Assembly: GCA_950097015.1 (NCBI GenBank)
Contig: CATNEN010000008.1
Span: forward strand, 3,038,001 to 3,102,000
Length of the DNA: 64,000 bases
DNA from: Macrostomum hystrix
Taxonomy: Eukaryota; Animalia; Platyhelminthes
Reading direction: 5' to 3'
Shown here one piece after another: positions 37,974-50,674 of the stretch; position 1 is the stretch's first letter, and each line of letters opens with the position of its first letter. The translations under genes were made by a program, and so were the position numbers. The notes under the pieces were generated by a model. That model saw only the letters and a program-made list of their open reading frames with translations. It did no database searches and had not been told where the DNA came from.

Positions 37974-40900
37974 TTTTATTATGAATGAATGATAGCTGCA
38001 ATGGGACTTTTTATCTCTGCATGAAATACCTGTGCAAATTTCATTCCATAATTTCATTTTCATGTTCATATTTACACATTTATGTATATACATGTTTCTG
38101 ATTCTACTACTACGAGCGCAATAATTTAATAATACATATGCCTTTAATAGGCCTTCCACTCTAAGCCTATGGATAATAGCCCCCCTATGAGATGATGCAC
38201 GATTAAACAATAGATGGGATGACATGTGGGAATAGAATATGTAAAATACATCTTGAAACTTCAAAGCCTCAAAGCTCAAAAGTGCCTTTGGTTCATTATA
38301 TATCAATTCAAGGCTTCTGATCACTACTACCTTGATACTAGGACTACAAGGATTTAATAATGGATGCAAGTGTGAAGACACATTAAATTTTCTCATGGAT
38401 TTGGTTCATTGGTTGTCAGTGCCTATGCCCTCCACTGTGCTGCTCTTGCAGATACCCTGTGCCTTCCAGGGCATCTGGCTCTGTGTCAATGGCCATCTGT
38501 TAGAGGTGCCCAACTGCAGTCCTATGGCATATGTATGCAGCTTCCTGTGCCTGCCTTGATTGGGACCAGAGGCTGCAGCTACTGCTTCTTTGGAGATAAA
38601 TCTGACTCTTAAGCCGATTAAGTCCGGCTACCAGGTTTTCCTCCAAATTGGAGGCTCCAATATGCAGTTGAAACCAATGACTGGACTGGTGGACAGATCA
38701 GCAAAACCTGGATAATTAATACTATTTCATATACATTTTCTATTATACTTTCACTCTAAGCCTATGGATAATAGGCCTTCAGCCTAATTTTATAATGTAT
38801 ACTCCATTTAAGCCAGAAAATCTGTACATGTCAACAAGGGAACATACGATATGAAATACAAACAAGCCAGCCATTTATTAAACTTGAATGAAATTCCAAA
38901 TTACTGCATGCAACTGGAATACAATCAGCGAAATTTACACAATTAAAAAGCGATTCGATGACTTGAAAAGTGGAGGCTATATGCACAGCATATAAGCAGC
39001 AATTAAATGCAATTTAAATGCAAAATTAAATTGACTAGGTCTATTGAGGGCTGGCTAAGACATTTTTTTAATTAGATTAAAACTAATCTTACAATAGCAC
39101 CATTATGTGCTAGAGCAAATTTATAAAGGAGAATAATGATTCATATGACTGGCCAAGTACATTAAAAGCAATTAAGTATAAATGCATAGAAAAGATAGGG
39201 AAAATATTACACAGCTTGAAGCAGACTTTTTGACCTGAATTTAAATATCTAAGATGTCATCACTTGCACAAAATTTGTGATGACTGTAACATAGTGTTAA
39301 TTCAATAAAAAGGCATCCTACGTATTGAACATTATTAATAAGACTTTGTAAGAGAATATAAATGCACTTTTTGTGCATATGGCATATACTTTCGAATACT
39401 GCAAGAAGTGAGTCAATAAAAGAGTATAATCGACATTATCAACACGACAATGAAGACCGACATTTAAATGCGCATCAATTACATTATCCATGCAAAAGTA
39501 AAAAACCCAGACAAATCAAAGGCCTGCGCGTGTGTGATGTGACAAGCGTCAAAACACGTCCTGAAAGGCGATAATGTTCAAATAAAAAGTTTCAACGACA
39601 CAAAGACGTGCGCGCTAAAAGGAAATACAACATAAGGTGATTTCTACTGACTGCTACATTCCTTCCTGCATTTAGATGCACAAAAAATGCAGAAACTGAA
39701 TATGCACTTGTTTTAATAAAAGCAATTCAAAAATCTCGACGCAAGCATTTTCTGCAAGGCGGTCGGTTTATCAATGAAGAAGCTAAAAAAGTTGCAATAA
39801 TTTAGGATTTAATCATCAAAATCAAAACCGTTTGCCAAACGGCAAGCAACCAAAAAAAGTTTAACTACCACAGATACTGTTTATCATCAACGGAACTTGC
39901 AAAATCTTTCAATAGCAAATAACGGATGCTTCAAAAATGATAGTGTCCAAAATTTGTACCCCTTACCTTCATGTACTCAATAGGATCCAGACACGACACA
40001 CGTTAACCAATCTAGCCGTGTGAGATGTCGTTGGAATGTAGACAACATTCCGCGTCGATTGAAGCCATCCGCGCTTAAAGCCATCAGGAATTCGCAGACT
40101 TATACACAAAAGTACACACAAATATGCACAAAGTACACGCTGTGCATAATTACATTTTCAGGTACTAATCCTAACAGGTAATACGTGTATCGACGGCAGT
40201 ATTTTTCCCATATACCCACATGGGATGTGCATCTTTAAATACCAAGCTCAAGGAGTATTACGCCCTTTTCGCCTCCAGCCGTAGGTTTGAGCACAGCAAA
40301 GTCTGCACCGGTCCCGAACCCGACCTTTCACCAGTCTGGGTGGACTTTCTCAGCCCGGGTAGGGCCGAAAGGTGCGCGCAATATCTTGTTAGACGCAAAA
40401 CAATATTTCCAGTAGATTGACGCATCATTCGACAAATTCGGAGCCGGATTTCGCGAAATGCGCGCGTTGAAAGGAGAAAAATACAAATGTTTCACGAAAG
40501 TGTATGTGCACTATTATGTACTTTTAATACACTTGCGATGTACTTTTATCAACGCCGACTCAGTATGTCATGTGCCCTAATGTTGTGCATACTACATCGC
40601 TTGCGGCTAAGCTGTCCGACTGTTTGTCTTCGAAAAAAAAATTTTTGACTCCACCAAGGTCGGCATGCATTTTCGAGAAAACGGCAAAAATGCACGTTTT
40701 GCACTGCATTTCCCAGTACTGCTTGATAACCGTGCATTGCATAGAGTCGCCTTGCATAGCGTCGTGTAGCAGGCATCCGTGCCGAATTTTTGACACCACT
40801 TGCGCAGTGCAACTACCTGCCATTCAGCTGCAGTACCGTGCAGCACGCAAGTGTAAAATCTGGCTGCGCCATATTTTACACTTGCTTCATCAGATATCAG

Positions 40901-41223
40901 GCGCGCGGTACACTCGCAGTCCATTGAGTCACACCTCGCTGGAAAGAACTCACCGAGTAGAAAAAAAAGACACCACCCGCGTGACAATCGATTCAGCCCT
41001 TGGGGAGCTGCGCTGGAAAATGTAACCCAAAAAAGCAGTACCTAAAAGTATGTTTTTTGCACTTTTATCATAGACTATGAGGAAATTGAAAAATCGCTTT
41101 CCTGCCTCGCCTGGGCCAGGCCTGCCCGCAACTTTTGTGTCTCAACTTTTCTCCGTGCCAGAAAAAATGTGCGCTGGAAATGAGTTTGCGTAAAATCGAT
41201 TTCCAAAAAAATGGCAGTTTTAC

Positions 41224-41259
41224 GTTGCCATGGCAACCCTCACGGGTTGCCATGGCAAC
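41224..41259. promoter_or_regulatory. Two perfect RFX X-box palindromes GTTGCCATGGCAAC (41224-41237, 41246-41259)
   Basis: Exact match to the established X-box consensus; function untested. Confidence 0.5.
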
Positions 41260-41448
41260 CAACCGCCATAAATCGGATAACCCTATAAGTTACCTACCCA
41301 ACGACACCACCCGCGAGGCAAACGGTTGAGGCAGTCTCAAATGGCGCCCAATATGCCTTGAAAATGCGTGATTTTCGAGGTGTTTTCTATCTCACTACGT
41401 ACGCTGGATCTTAGGTGGGGCTCACTCCGATTTCGCCCCTCGGCCTCT

Positions 41449-41507
41449 ACCGAGGCCTCGGTGCTCGGCGCTTCGCGCCTCGCGGCTCAATACTACGTTC
41501 GCCCCCA
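41449..41507 (-). other. 5' terminal region of copy 1: palindrome ACCGAGGCCTCGGT, hairpin GGCGC-TTC-GCGCC and subTIR GTTCGCCCCCA
   Basis: Read directly at 41449-41462, 41467-41479 and 41497-41507; repeated at 54150-54208. Confidence 0.8.
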
Positions 41508-43340
41508 ACTAGTAAGTAAGAAGACTGCAGTCTTTTACGTGGGGGCGAACATAAAGGGATTTCTACTCACTGCTATATTCTTTCCTGCATTTAGATGCAC
41601 AAAAAATGCACAAATTGAATATGCACTTGTTTTAATAAAAGATATTCAAAAATCTCGACGCAAGCCTTTCTGCAAGGCGGTCGTTTTATCAATGAAAAGA
41701 GAAATATCTTTCTCTGAATTGAACCTTTCCCTTTAGGCTCGAATTTAACAAATGTATTCGCGAAAACCAGTGAAGGAACTATGGGTGAATAGAGAAAGAA
41801 AGGTGGCATATGATATAAACAGCATAGTAAAGCATATTTCCCCTTAAATCGCAATTCGCCGTAGAAACAGCTCAAACAGAGGAACAAAATGCTCAATAAA
41901 AGAGTCAAAATCGTTTGGAAGCATTTAGAAGCTATATGGCTGCCTTGTGCCTCTAATCATACACACAACTGCAGTAAACTATGCCAATTTCAAGTTACAC
42001 CACTACACTGCAATTGACGAAACAATGCAACAACTGGACTGCAATCAAGGCAACAATTCAACAAGCGGAGTGCAATCAATGGAATGATTCAACCACTGAA
42101 GTACAATCAAAGCAATTAAATGCAAAAAATGCAAATGGCGCAGCAACATACTCGTATTAATTGCAATCTAAGCAAACGAATGCAACTGACATGTCAACAA
42201 AGGAACGTACGATATGAAATGCAAACAAGCCAGCCATTATTGTTGTTAAAACGAATCCCCCGAAGTACTGGGGCGCGGGTCAGTTCCGAGGAACTCTGCC
42301 GCTTTATTTTTTAATATATTTAATTGGAATTTATTAAAAATATACACGCAATTCGATTTAGATTATTTTATACGAATATTGAAAATAAAAATGAAACATA
42401 AAACAATAATTCAATATTTGGCAATATTTGGGCACGCATTGGGAGATAAAAGGGAGAACTATACAGGGGGAATCCCGCACAAAGAAGGGATCTAATAAAA
42501 AAGGGAAATCTAAAAGGCATGCATGCAAGATATTAGCCAGCCATTTATTAAACTTGAATGAAATTTCAAATTACTGCATGCAACTGGAATACAATCAGCG
42601 AAATTTACATTATTAAAAAGCAATTCGATTACTTGAAAAGTGGAGGCTATATACACAGCATACAAACAGCAATTAAATGCAATTTACTGCGGACAAACAA
42701 TTAACAATACGGAACATATTAACAAGTTGCATAAATTGTTATCCATTTATTATACGGCAAAATGGCCGTAGCCAATGGTTCTGTTTTTTGCAATAGCACT
42801 ACCAAAGATAAATAAACTATAAGGACAACGCAATTATTGCAATGGCAAGTTGCAATAATGCATAATACCAAGAAACAAGCCTTCTATAAACATCATTCTA
42901 TAGACAAGAGTCCTATCCTTTATTGGTACATTTTTGGCACTGAATACGGAGATGCAGCTGCTTTGGGAACAGCCGCATTTCAATAAATAAGGGGGTGAGA
43001 CAATCTTTTCTAGGGTTGCAGGGCTAACATTTACAGGCTTAACATTACTTAGCTTAGCTTAGCCTACTTAACATAGCTTACTAAATTCCAATGACATTTG
43101 CCACATTCTCCTATAAAATAGGTCAAACATTTCCATGCCTAAGCCAGACACCCAATTACTGAGTAATCCCATCGTGTGCCAATGCTACAACAAAATAGAG
43201 GTAATTTTTTATATTACACTGTGTCCCTAGCAGTTCTTTCGTCGCACTGGCGGCCGACCGACCACGGCAACGCTGGGCACACTGACCCAACTAGCACACC
43301 TGCCAGGGAATCACATGTCCACAAAACATGAAATGCGAAT

Positions 43341-45025
43341 CTACGGCTCGCTAACGACAGCCTCGTCCGCCCGGCCCTTCTGGGTATCTTCCCGGCCAAC
43401 AGCTGCGGAATCAGGCACAGCCATTTTCAGCAAACGCTCTTGCTCAAACAGCTTTAATCGCACTGACTGAGAATCGCACAGTTTCTGGTAGTGCGAATAG
43501 TCGCATGAACTCACCCGGAGGTCAGCAAGACCACGCACGCGACTAAGCCCGGTGTAAAAGAGGCCTGGCGTCTGCTTTCGCCGCCCACCAGACCCACTAA
43601 GGTCCACGTACGCCTTCCGGAGTGTCAAACCCTGCGACTTGTGCACGGTGATCGCCCAGGCCAGCTTCAACGGCAGCTGCGTGCGAGACACGCTCAGTTC
43701 CCCGTCAGACCAGCTCGCCGTCAGAGGCAGAATCGGCACCACTCCACCGGCGTCACAGTACGATAGATATGCATCACCGGCAGGTGGCCGACAATAGCCC
43801 GGTCCGGTGTAGTCTTCGAACTCAACCCAGACACACTCGGGAACAGCCGGCGAAGACACCCCCGGTGGGAAACAGATGCCCTGCACAATGCCGATTGACC
43901 CGTTGACCAGGCCACAGGCCACGGAGAGGTTACGCGTCAGCATCACACGACAGCCGACAGCCAGGTAGACGCGCATTGCGAGGCCCGACTCCGAGTCGGC
44001 CGATTCACCGACGGCACCAGCGCCCTTGCAGAGGGCGTTAACCGTGCAGACTGGATTCTCATGGCTGGCAAGCTGGCCCAAGCGGTAGCAATTCTCCTCG
44101 TGAACCGCGGCATTTGTCGAGTACAGATGCGTACAATCCTCGAATCCGTCGCCAAGTGTCTCAGGCACCATCACACGGCATTTCATAATCAGGCTGAAAT
44201 CTTCCATTCTCGCCCGTCCTTCGCGAATTGCCTGCAGGACGTCCGCATAGCGCTGGTCTCCGGCCTGGCGTACCTGAGTAAATGGAGAGAGAGAGAAAAA
44301 TTTGATACAAAATGTATCGATAAATACAGTACATTACGCATTTATCGCATAGTTCACTGTAAACAAAGTAAATACTGAAACAATAAAAACATCAACTGCA
44401 AATAGTAATTCAGCCCACTACTCACTAGCTCGTTGAGGTGAACGACCCTCTTAAAGGACCGGTACGCCAGCCAGCCACGCGTCAGCAGGTTCCGTTTCAC
44501 ACCGACGGAACTGGAAGCGTCCTTGCACTTCGGTGTGTTTTCGCTATTCACGTACATCGCAGTGTCCATCACGGGCGGCAGTTGAAACAAATCGCCAACC
44601 AGGATGACAGACAGGCCACCGAAGTACTCTTCGCGTCGGCCGGGAAAAGCCTGTCGCAGCCGCGCATCCACCATGGCAAGGGTTCTCTGGCCGACCATGC
44701 TGAATTCGTCCACAATAGCATATCGCACAGCTTGCCATTCCGATTGCAACTTGCCCAGCACAACAGAGCCTTCTGGCAGCTCCGCAAACGTCCTCTTGGT
44801 ACCGAGTCGCAGCGCCGAATGCAAAGTCTGGCCAGAAATGTTGTGAGCAGCCACACCCGTAGGCGCCATCACTTTGCAGGCCTCACCAAGAAGCTGCCGA
44901 ATCAGATGAATGACAAAACTTTTGCCCGTTCCAGCGCTGCCGTACAAAATCACCAACAGCGGTTCACGCGAAGCCACTCCACCAGCGGCGCAGTTGCCAC
45001 CAGCAGAGTAATGCTCCGAAACCAT
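43341..45025 (-). CDS. Helitron PIF1 helicase, copy 2; exons 45025-44426 and 44273-43341
   Basis: Translation identical to copy 1. Confidence 0.93.
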
Positions 45026-45034
45026 GTCAAACAG

Positions 45035-48000
45035 TTACCGCTGCCGTGCATTCAGGCCACTCGTGTCCACCGGGGCCTCCTGCTGCTGCCGCTGCACCGC
45101 CGGACCCTTGCAGGCACGAAAGTACTCATGCAGAGCCTTTGCATCCACAATGCCCGGAAACTTGCTAGCAGAAGCGCTCCAGTCAAAGTTTGCCGGCACA
45201 GGCGGCAGTTGATCCTCCGGCCGTTTAAACTGTTCCGCTGCCGTCTGCCGCGCCCCCAACATGGCCATCCAATCCTCCTGCATATTGTCGGGCCGGCTCG
45301 CGCCAACCACCGATTCCGCTTGCGCCGCTGTCATATCCGGCAATTCGTTCACCTGCACAGCCACTACAGGGTCATCGGCCTCGTCCCGCTGCAACTCGCC
45401 AAGATGGCGAAATCGCAGGGGGCAACTGTCGGCCGGCAGCGCGTCAAATGCCTCGCGCCACGTAGCGTGCGTGCCCTTGGCAGCCTCCACGGTACGCCAA
45501 GACGAATACAACAGCACCTGCTGCTTAAAGTATTCCTCGCGTCGCTCCTCTAACGTATTGTTTGGCCGCAGACCTGGACTGACCACCACTATAGCCTTCC
45601 GTTCTCTCGGCCTCCAGCCGCGGCCGTTTATCCCAGCAGCCTCCCAGTTGCTAAAGAACGCGTGCATGCTGACCGTCTCCAGCTGTTTAGGCCGCTGTGT
45701 GTACTTGTCCAGGCTATTGCGGCAGGAGCCTTGTCGCTCAATCATCCGCATGTCATCCGTCCGGACGTACGCAAATGTCCGGCTGCACTTGTACATTGGC
45801 TGTTGAAGCAGCAAACGGCACACCTCCTGGGCGGAATAGTCCCGGGCAGCAATTGTTGCCATCAAATGCTGCTGCACTACCCGCTTGGCCGTGTCCATCC
45901 TCTGCCTCTCGTCGGCAGCGACTGTGCCCCGCTTGGCCTCTTCCGCTGCCAGCCGGTCAAACAGTGTCTGCAGATGACCGGAGCGCACCTCTCCCTTGCT
46001 AGCGTATTTCACCAGGTAGCGGATTATATTCTTTGCCGAGGAAATCAGCTGCATATCAATGTTGGCACGCCACAGGCAGAGTATCTGCGGATTGTAGGAG
46101 CACCTCTGCGTCTCGTCGCAGAGGTCGTCGTTCCTCTGCGTCTCCACACTGAGGTGCAACCGGGACAACCGTTTTACTTCCGTGCGGTCCCGCAACTCCT
46201 TCGGATATTTGTACCGACACTCCTGCTTGCCCCCCTTCAGGGTACGAAGGCATCGATCGCCGCACTTGCTGTGCCGTTCAATAAGGTGACCCAGCGCCTG
46301 TAGATCCACCCGGTTGTTCGTAATCTCCTCGGGTGCCAGCTTCGAGGGATGCACCGAAATGCCATCCCCATTGGCGATTAGGCCTCCAGTCTCGGAGCCG
46401 TCCAGCGCAGTATTCCAGCTGCAGACATACCTGTCCACGTAGGCGCGTATATTGTCCACCGTCACATTCGCTTCAGTCACATCCAGGCCATCCGGCATCC
46501 AGACGAAACCGTGCACGTGGGGACTACCGCGGCTCTGATATTCAATACGGAACCAGAAATCTTTCACGCCCCAGTGTTCAACCAGAAAGCGACGCAAAAA
46601 TACTTCGAACCGGGTCCAAAATAGTGTATCTCCAATCGCCGGATCACTCTGCAGCCTCTTCAGCAGGTCGGCTTCTTCGCCGGCATCCATCATCTGCCAG
46701 GCGGCACGCAGTTCCGGCCAGTGCGTATCAGCCGCCGACAGGGTCAGAAAGAACTGCGGCAAGCCCAGTAGCATTATCAGGCCCTCGAGCTGCCGCCGCT
46801 TGCTCTCCCAGTAGATTTGCGTGCCTCGCAAATGCATTCCTCTGGCAATCACACTTGCCATGGCGGCCGGATCCTTGAGCTTTTCGCGCATCTCTGCTGC
46901 GTTCAGCTTGCCAATGCCACTGTGCTTCACGAATAACCGGCCCAGTGCCAATGCTCGCCAGCGCATCACCAAATTCTCAATGAAAAATCGAAAACGTGGA
47001 TCCAACCGAAATCTCGGACAACTGTACTGCATCAGATGTCTTGCGTAGTCGCCAATCTGTATCGTATGCTCCCGGGGCATTTTGTACTCGCCACTACCGT
47101 CGGGAAACAGATGCGGAAAGGCCAAGGTAAACAGGCTCTCCTGTTGAAACTCGTTCACCGGCTTACGGCCCACTGTGGGCCATGGCAATTTCTGTTCAAG
47201 CAGTTTCCTTCGAAATGCTTCATCCAGCAGACGAAACGGCGTCTCCATCAGGCCACTAAGCGTTTCCTGTGCAATAGCGTCCTCGATATCCTGTTTGTTT
47301 GCGCGTTCTAGCGCAGCCTTTTCGGCCGCCTCCATTGTCACTCCCTCGGGCAACTCGGATTCGTGCATCTCGCACAAATCTTTCATCGGCCCGTCAACAG
47401 GCAACTCGCTCAGCGCCACGCGGTCCAGCGTAACGGCATACTCCCGAAAGTACGCATTGTGCTTCAGCAGGTAATTCATGGCTTTCAGCACCTTATCCCG
47501 ACGAACACGCAGGTTACTCAACGGCGGACCGCCCAGCGATTGCCTCTCACTGCTCCCTCGCTTGCCCTGGAACATCAGGACGACGGGTAGAGTTTTGCGC
47601 GGCAACTCTCTTACAATGTCCGCCTGGTCTTGTGGAAATATTATGCCATGACCACGACTGCACAGCTGTCCTTGTGGAAACAATCGATACACCATCATGA
47701 CACACAACACAGGAGAGATTAGCATCTGTTCTGTCACTGTCAAATCTCGCAATTCCTCCGGCTGCTCACACGGGTTCGCATTATTCTCATCGCTGAATAG
47801 CTTCGGCACGTGTTGATCCTTAATACACCGCTGACAGACCTTGTCATCAGCATTTCGGTAAAACACACCGGGAAACTGTTCCTTGCAGACCCGGCACTTT
47901 CGCAGATTCGTCACAGCAGCGATCGTCTCTTGGTAGCATTCCTTCCGAATATTAAGGAATTGTTCCGTGAAACTATTGCGCAGTACTGCAGGCAGTGACA

Positions 48001-50674
48001 GATCGCCTTCGTTGACAACCAACTCCTCGATACAGTCAGGTACAGCAGCCTCTTGCCGCTGATTCTCCTGGCTTGTCCGTTCAGTCGCATCTGTCGCCTG
48101 ATCGGCGCTCGGAAACAGAATCTTCCGCCGGGCAGATGATTTCGGCTTCGTTGTGCCCTCAGCTGTCCGTGCTCCACCCTGCTGAGCTGAATCATCAGCT
48201 GAAGCAGCGCCACTGTTTCTAGCAGAAATAGCAGACTTTGCAGCCGGTGAATCCACACCGCCATAAACGACGCCTCGAACTTTCCTTGGAGAACGTCGAA
48301 CACCGCCAACAGACCCAGTAGCAGACTGACTGTCGCTCTCTCCGCCGCTCTCTGACACCGTTGTCGGGTCTCGCTGCCTTCGCTTCCTAGGTGACGACGG
48401 CTCTGCAGCGCCAGAGGTCGCAGTCTCAGAATGTACACAGCTGCCGCTCTCTGCGTCTGATAAGTCCAAGTCAACATTACAAGCTGCTAGAATTGGCCTC
48501 GAATCCTCGGCAGTCAACTCAGCAGCCTCGCCATCAGTCATCAGAGGCTTCTTCAGGGGGGATCGGTGTGCCGCCGTGTTACTATCGGGCGAGCCAGCAC
48601 TGCTTGCTGTACGCTTTTTTGGTGACCCAACTGACGCATTTGACGTCACTTCTTGCTTTTTCACAGGGCGAGAGTCCAGCTTTCTTGGCCTTCCCCGGCC
48701 TCGAACCTTGCTGCTCGCGACGGGCAAGCATTCGTGAACAACTGGCGCCGCAGGCGGCGGCATCAAGTGTCGGTCTTCAGCTACCACCGTCAGAGCACTG
48801 TAGTGCTCGTTCACCAGCTGCAGACGCACGGTAGCAGCAGGTTTGCCTTTGCACGGGCAATACTGCAGCCGAACACCATTTGGGCCATAGATATAAATTT
48901 CCACTCCCAATATGTAACCGACAACAGGAGGAATTTCGTCAGGAACGTCTTGTCCTTCCGTAAAGCAGTTCAAAAGAATATTGTCAATGTCCCCAAAAAT
49001 GCGACCATCCTTGTGCCATTCACTCAGCATAGCATATGCCTCGGTAGCTACTCGTTCTCGCAGGTTTACGAAGTTCGTCTCCAACGGCGTACCTAGCAGC
49101 TGTTGACACACTGCATGGAAGAAACAATTGCCGTCTCCATCAATTCGGATAACGCGGCAATCTTCCCATGGGATCCACGTTGGCTCTGAATCTCCGTTCA
49201 AATTCGGCACCAGTTCAGCAGCTGCAGCCACTTGTACGCCTGATAAATAGGTACATATGTTATCGGCGCAATGTAGGCGACTTGCTTTGACTTAGCGGCA
49301 GGGGGCCTCCATGACGGACGCAGCGAGAATGTAGGCGACAGATTTGAACTTAAATGTAAAACGTTTGTTCAGCACAACAATGTAATAAAAATTCGTCCAC
49401 TTTCGAATAAGGAATTATTTTGGCTAATATTAAACTTTCAGCCTGTTAGCTAAGATTGACAGCTAATGCAGCAGTTGAGGAGAAAAATATAATATGCGTT
49501 CAGACCATAAACCTTTTCCATTCCATAGAAACATACTTACTGTATAATATTCTCTGTCATCAATCACGAAAATGCCCATTCTCTATCAAATATGCTCAAA
49601 TACAAGTAATAACTAAATACGTACCATTTGACGCAAGCACATCAATAGCCGGTTGCGACACGTTGTCTTGCTGGCAACCCACTCCATCATCCAAGCCCAA
49701 GTCGACCGCAAAGGCTGCTACCGCTGGTTCCGAGACCGGTAATTCGATGCTTGATCGCGACTCAACTGCCTGCTGACGTTTTCGGCGCGCACATTCCTTG
49801 CGCGGCTTCGATGCGGCACCAGCGGCTTTGCCAGACGCCCCACGGATGTCAGCTGGGATCCTTCCTTCCGGATTGCCTACAGCTGTGGACACATTCGAAC
49901 GTGCGCTAGCTCTAGAAGACGCTCTCGAGCTTGAAGAACTGTGCGACAATTCCTCGTTGCAACATGCGCATCGCGTAATGCGCCTGATCCGACTGGATCT
50001 TTGGAGCCCACCATCCGCAACCGACGCACAGTCCAGGGACAATGACGATCCACAGTCGCTGATGACACTGCTGTCCATGGCCTCTGGTACGACCTCCGCC
50101 TCGTTCACCTCAGACAGGCAGTCCCACCGATTTGCCACGGCAACTCCAGAGTGGACGACAACCTGTCTTGGCTTCTCTGCCGCGGTGGCCGACACGGGCT
50201 TGCTCTTCCTCGGTATGCCCAGCCTGGATGTAACTGGACGCCAGCTGTCCGTCTGTTGAAGCGGATTGGGCGATTCCTCAGTGCTCCTTTTCGAAGCAGC
50301 TCCTACTTCACTTGACACCGGAGGCACTTGCTTCGAGGAAGAATCGCCCAATGCAGCGGCACCAGCAGGCCCACGTGCAGCCAACTTCCGCTGCTTTGAC
50401 GGCCGGCCGCGACTACGAATTGGAGCACGGATGTCACTGCTCGTCCTGTGATATGAAAGTAACAATACTAAATTAGTACATCACTAATATCACCAAATAA
50501 AGAGAGAGAGAGAGAGAGAGAGAGACAGGATGGGAATTTCTTTGATGGGATTTCCACACATGGAATTGCAATGGATTGGAGAACTACTCACACATCAGTA
50601 CTCCTGACAGACACATCATCATGCAGCTTGTCAGGCTTGCATGATGTTTCACTTGCTGTGTTGCATGCTGCCAT
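45035..50674 (-). CDS. Helitron OTU-Rep protein, copy 2; exons 50674-50592, 50445-49625, 49239-45035
   Basis: Translation identical to copy 1. Confidence 0.88.

Larger units (their letters stand above)
28810..41508 (-). mobile_element. Helitron2/Helentron-type rolling-circle transposon, copy 1 (12,699 bp)
   Basis: Rep (HUH/Y2) and PIF1 genes on the minus strand. Asymmetric 11-bp subterminal inverted repeats at 28841-28851 and 41497-41507. 3' palindrome at 28822-28835. Homology with copy 2 starts and stops exactly at ACTAGT. The precise nick inside ACTAGT is inferred. Confidence 0.93.

Noticed and set aside
37974-38396. 169-aa ORF 37887-38396 as an independent gene
   Set aside because: AT-rich and not protein-like; only its last ~28 codons (from the ATG at 37973) fit as RepHel exon 1.
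40220-41329. Overlapping short ORFs in the element's CpG-rich 5' region as a captured gene
   Set aside because: No recognisable domain or consistent splice structure; more likely promoter or terminal DNA.
41449-41513. Canonical Helitron oriented on the + strand (GC hairpin followed by CTAG)
   Set aside because: RepHel is on the minus strand, and the subTIR/palindrome layout fits the minus orientation. CTAG reads on both strands only because ACTAGT is palindromic.
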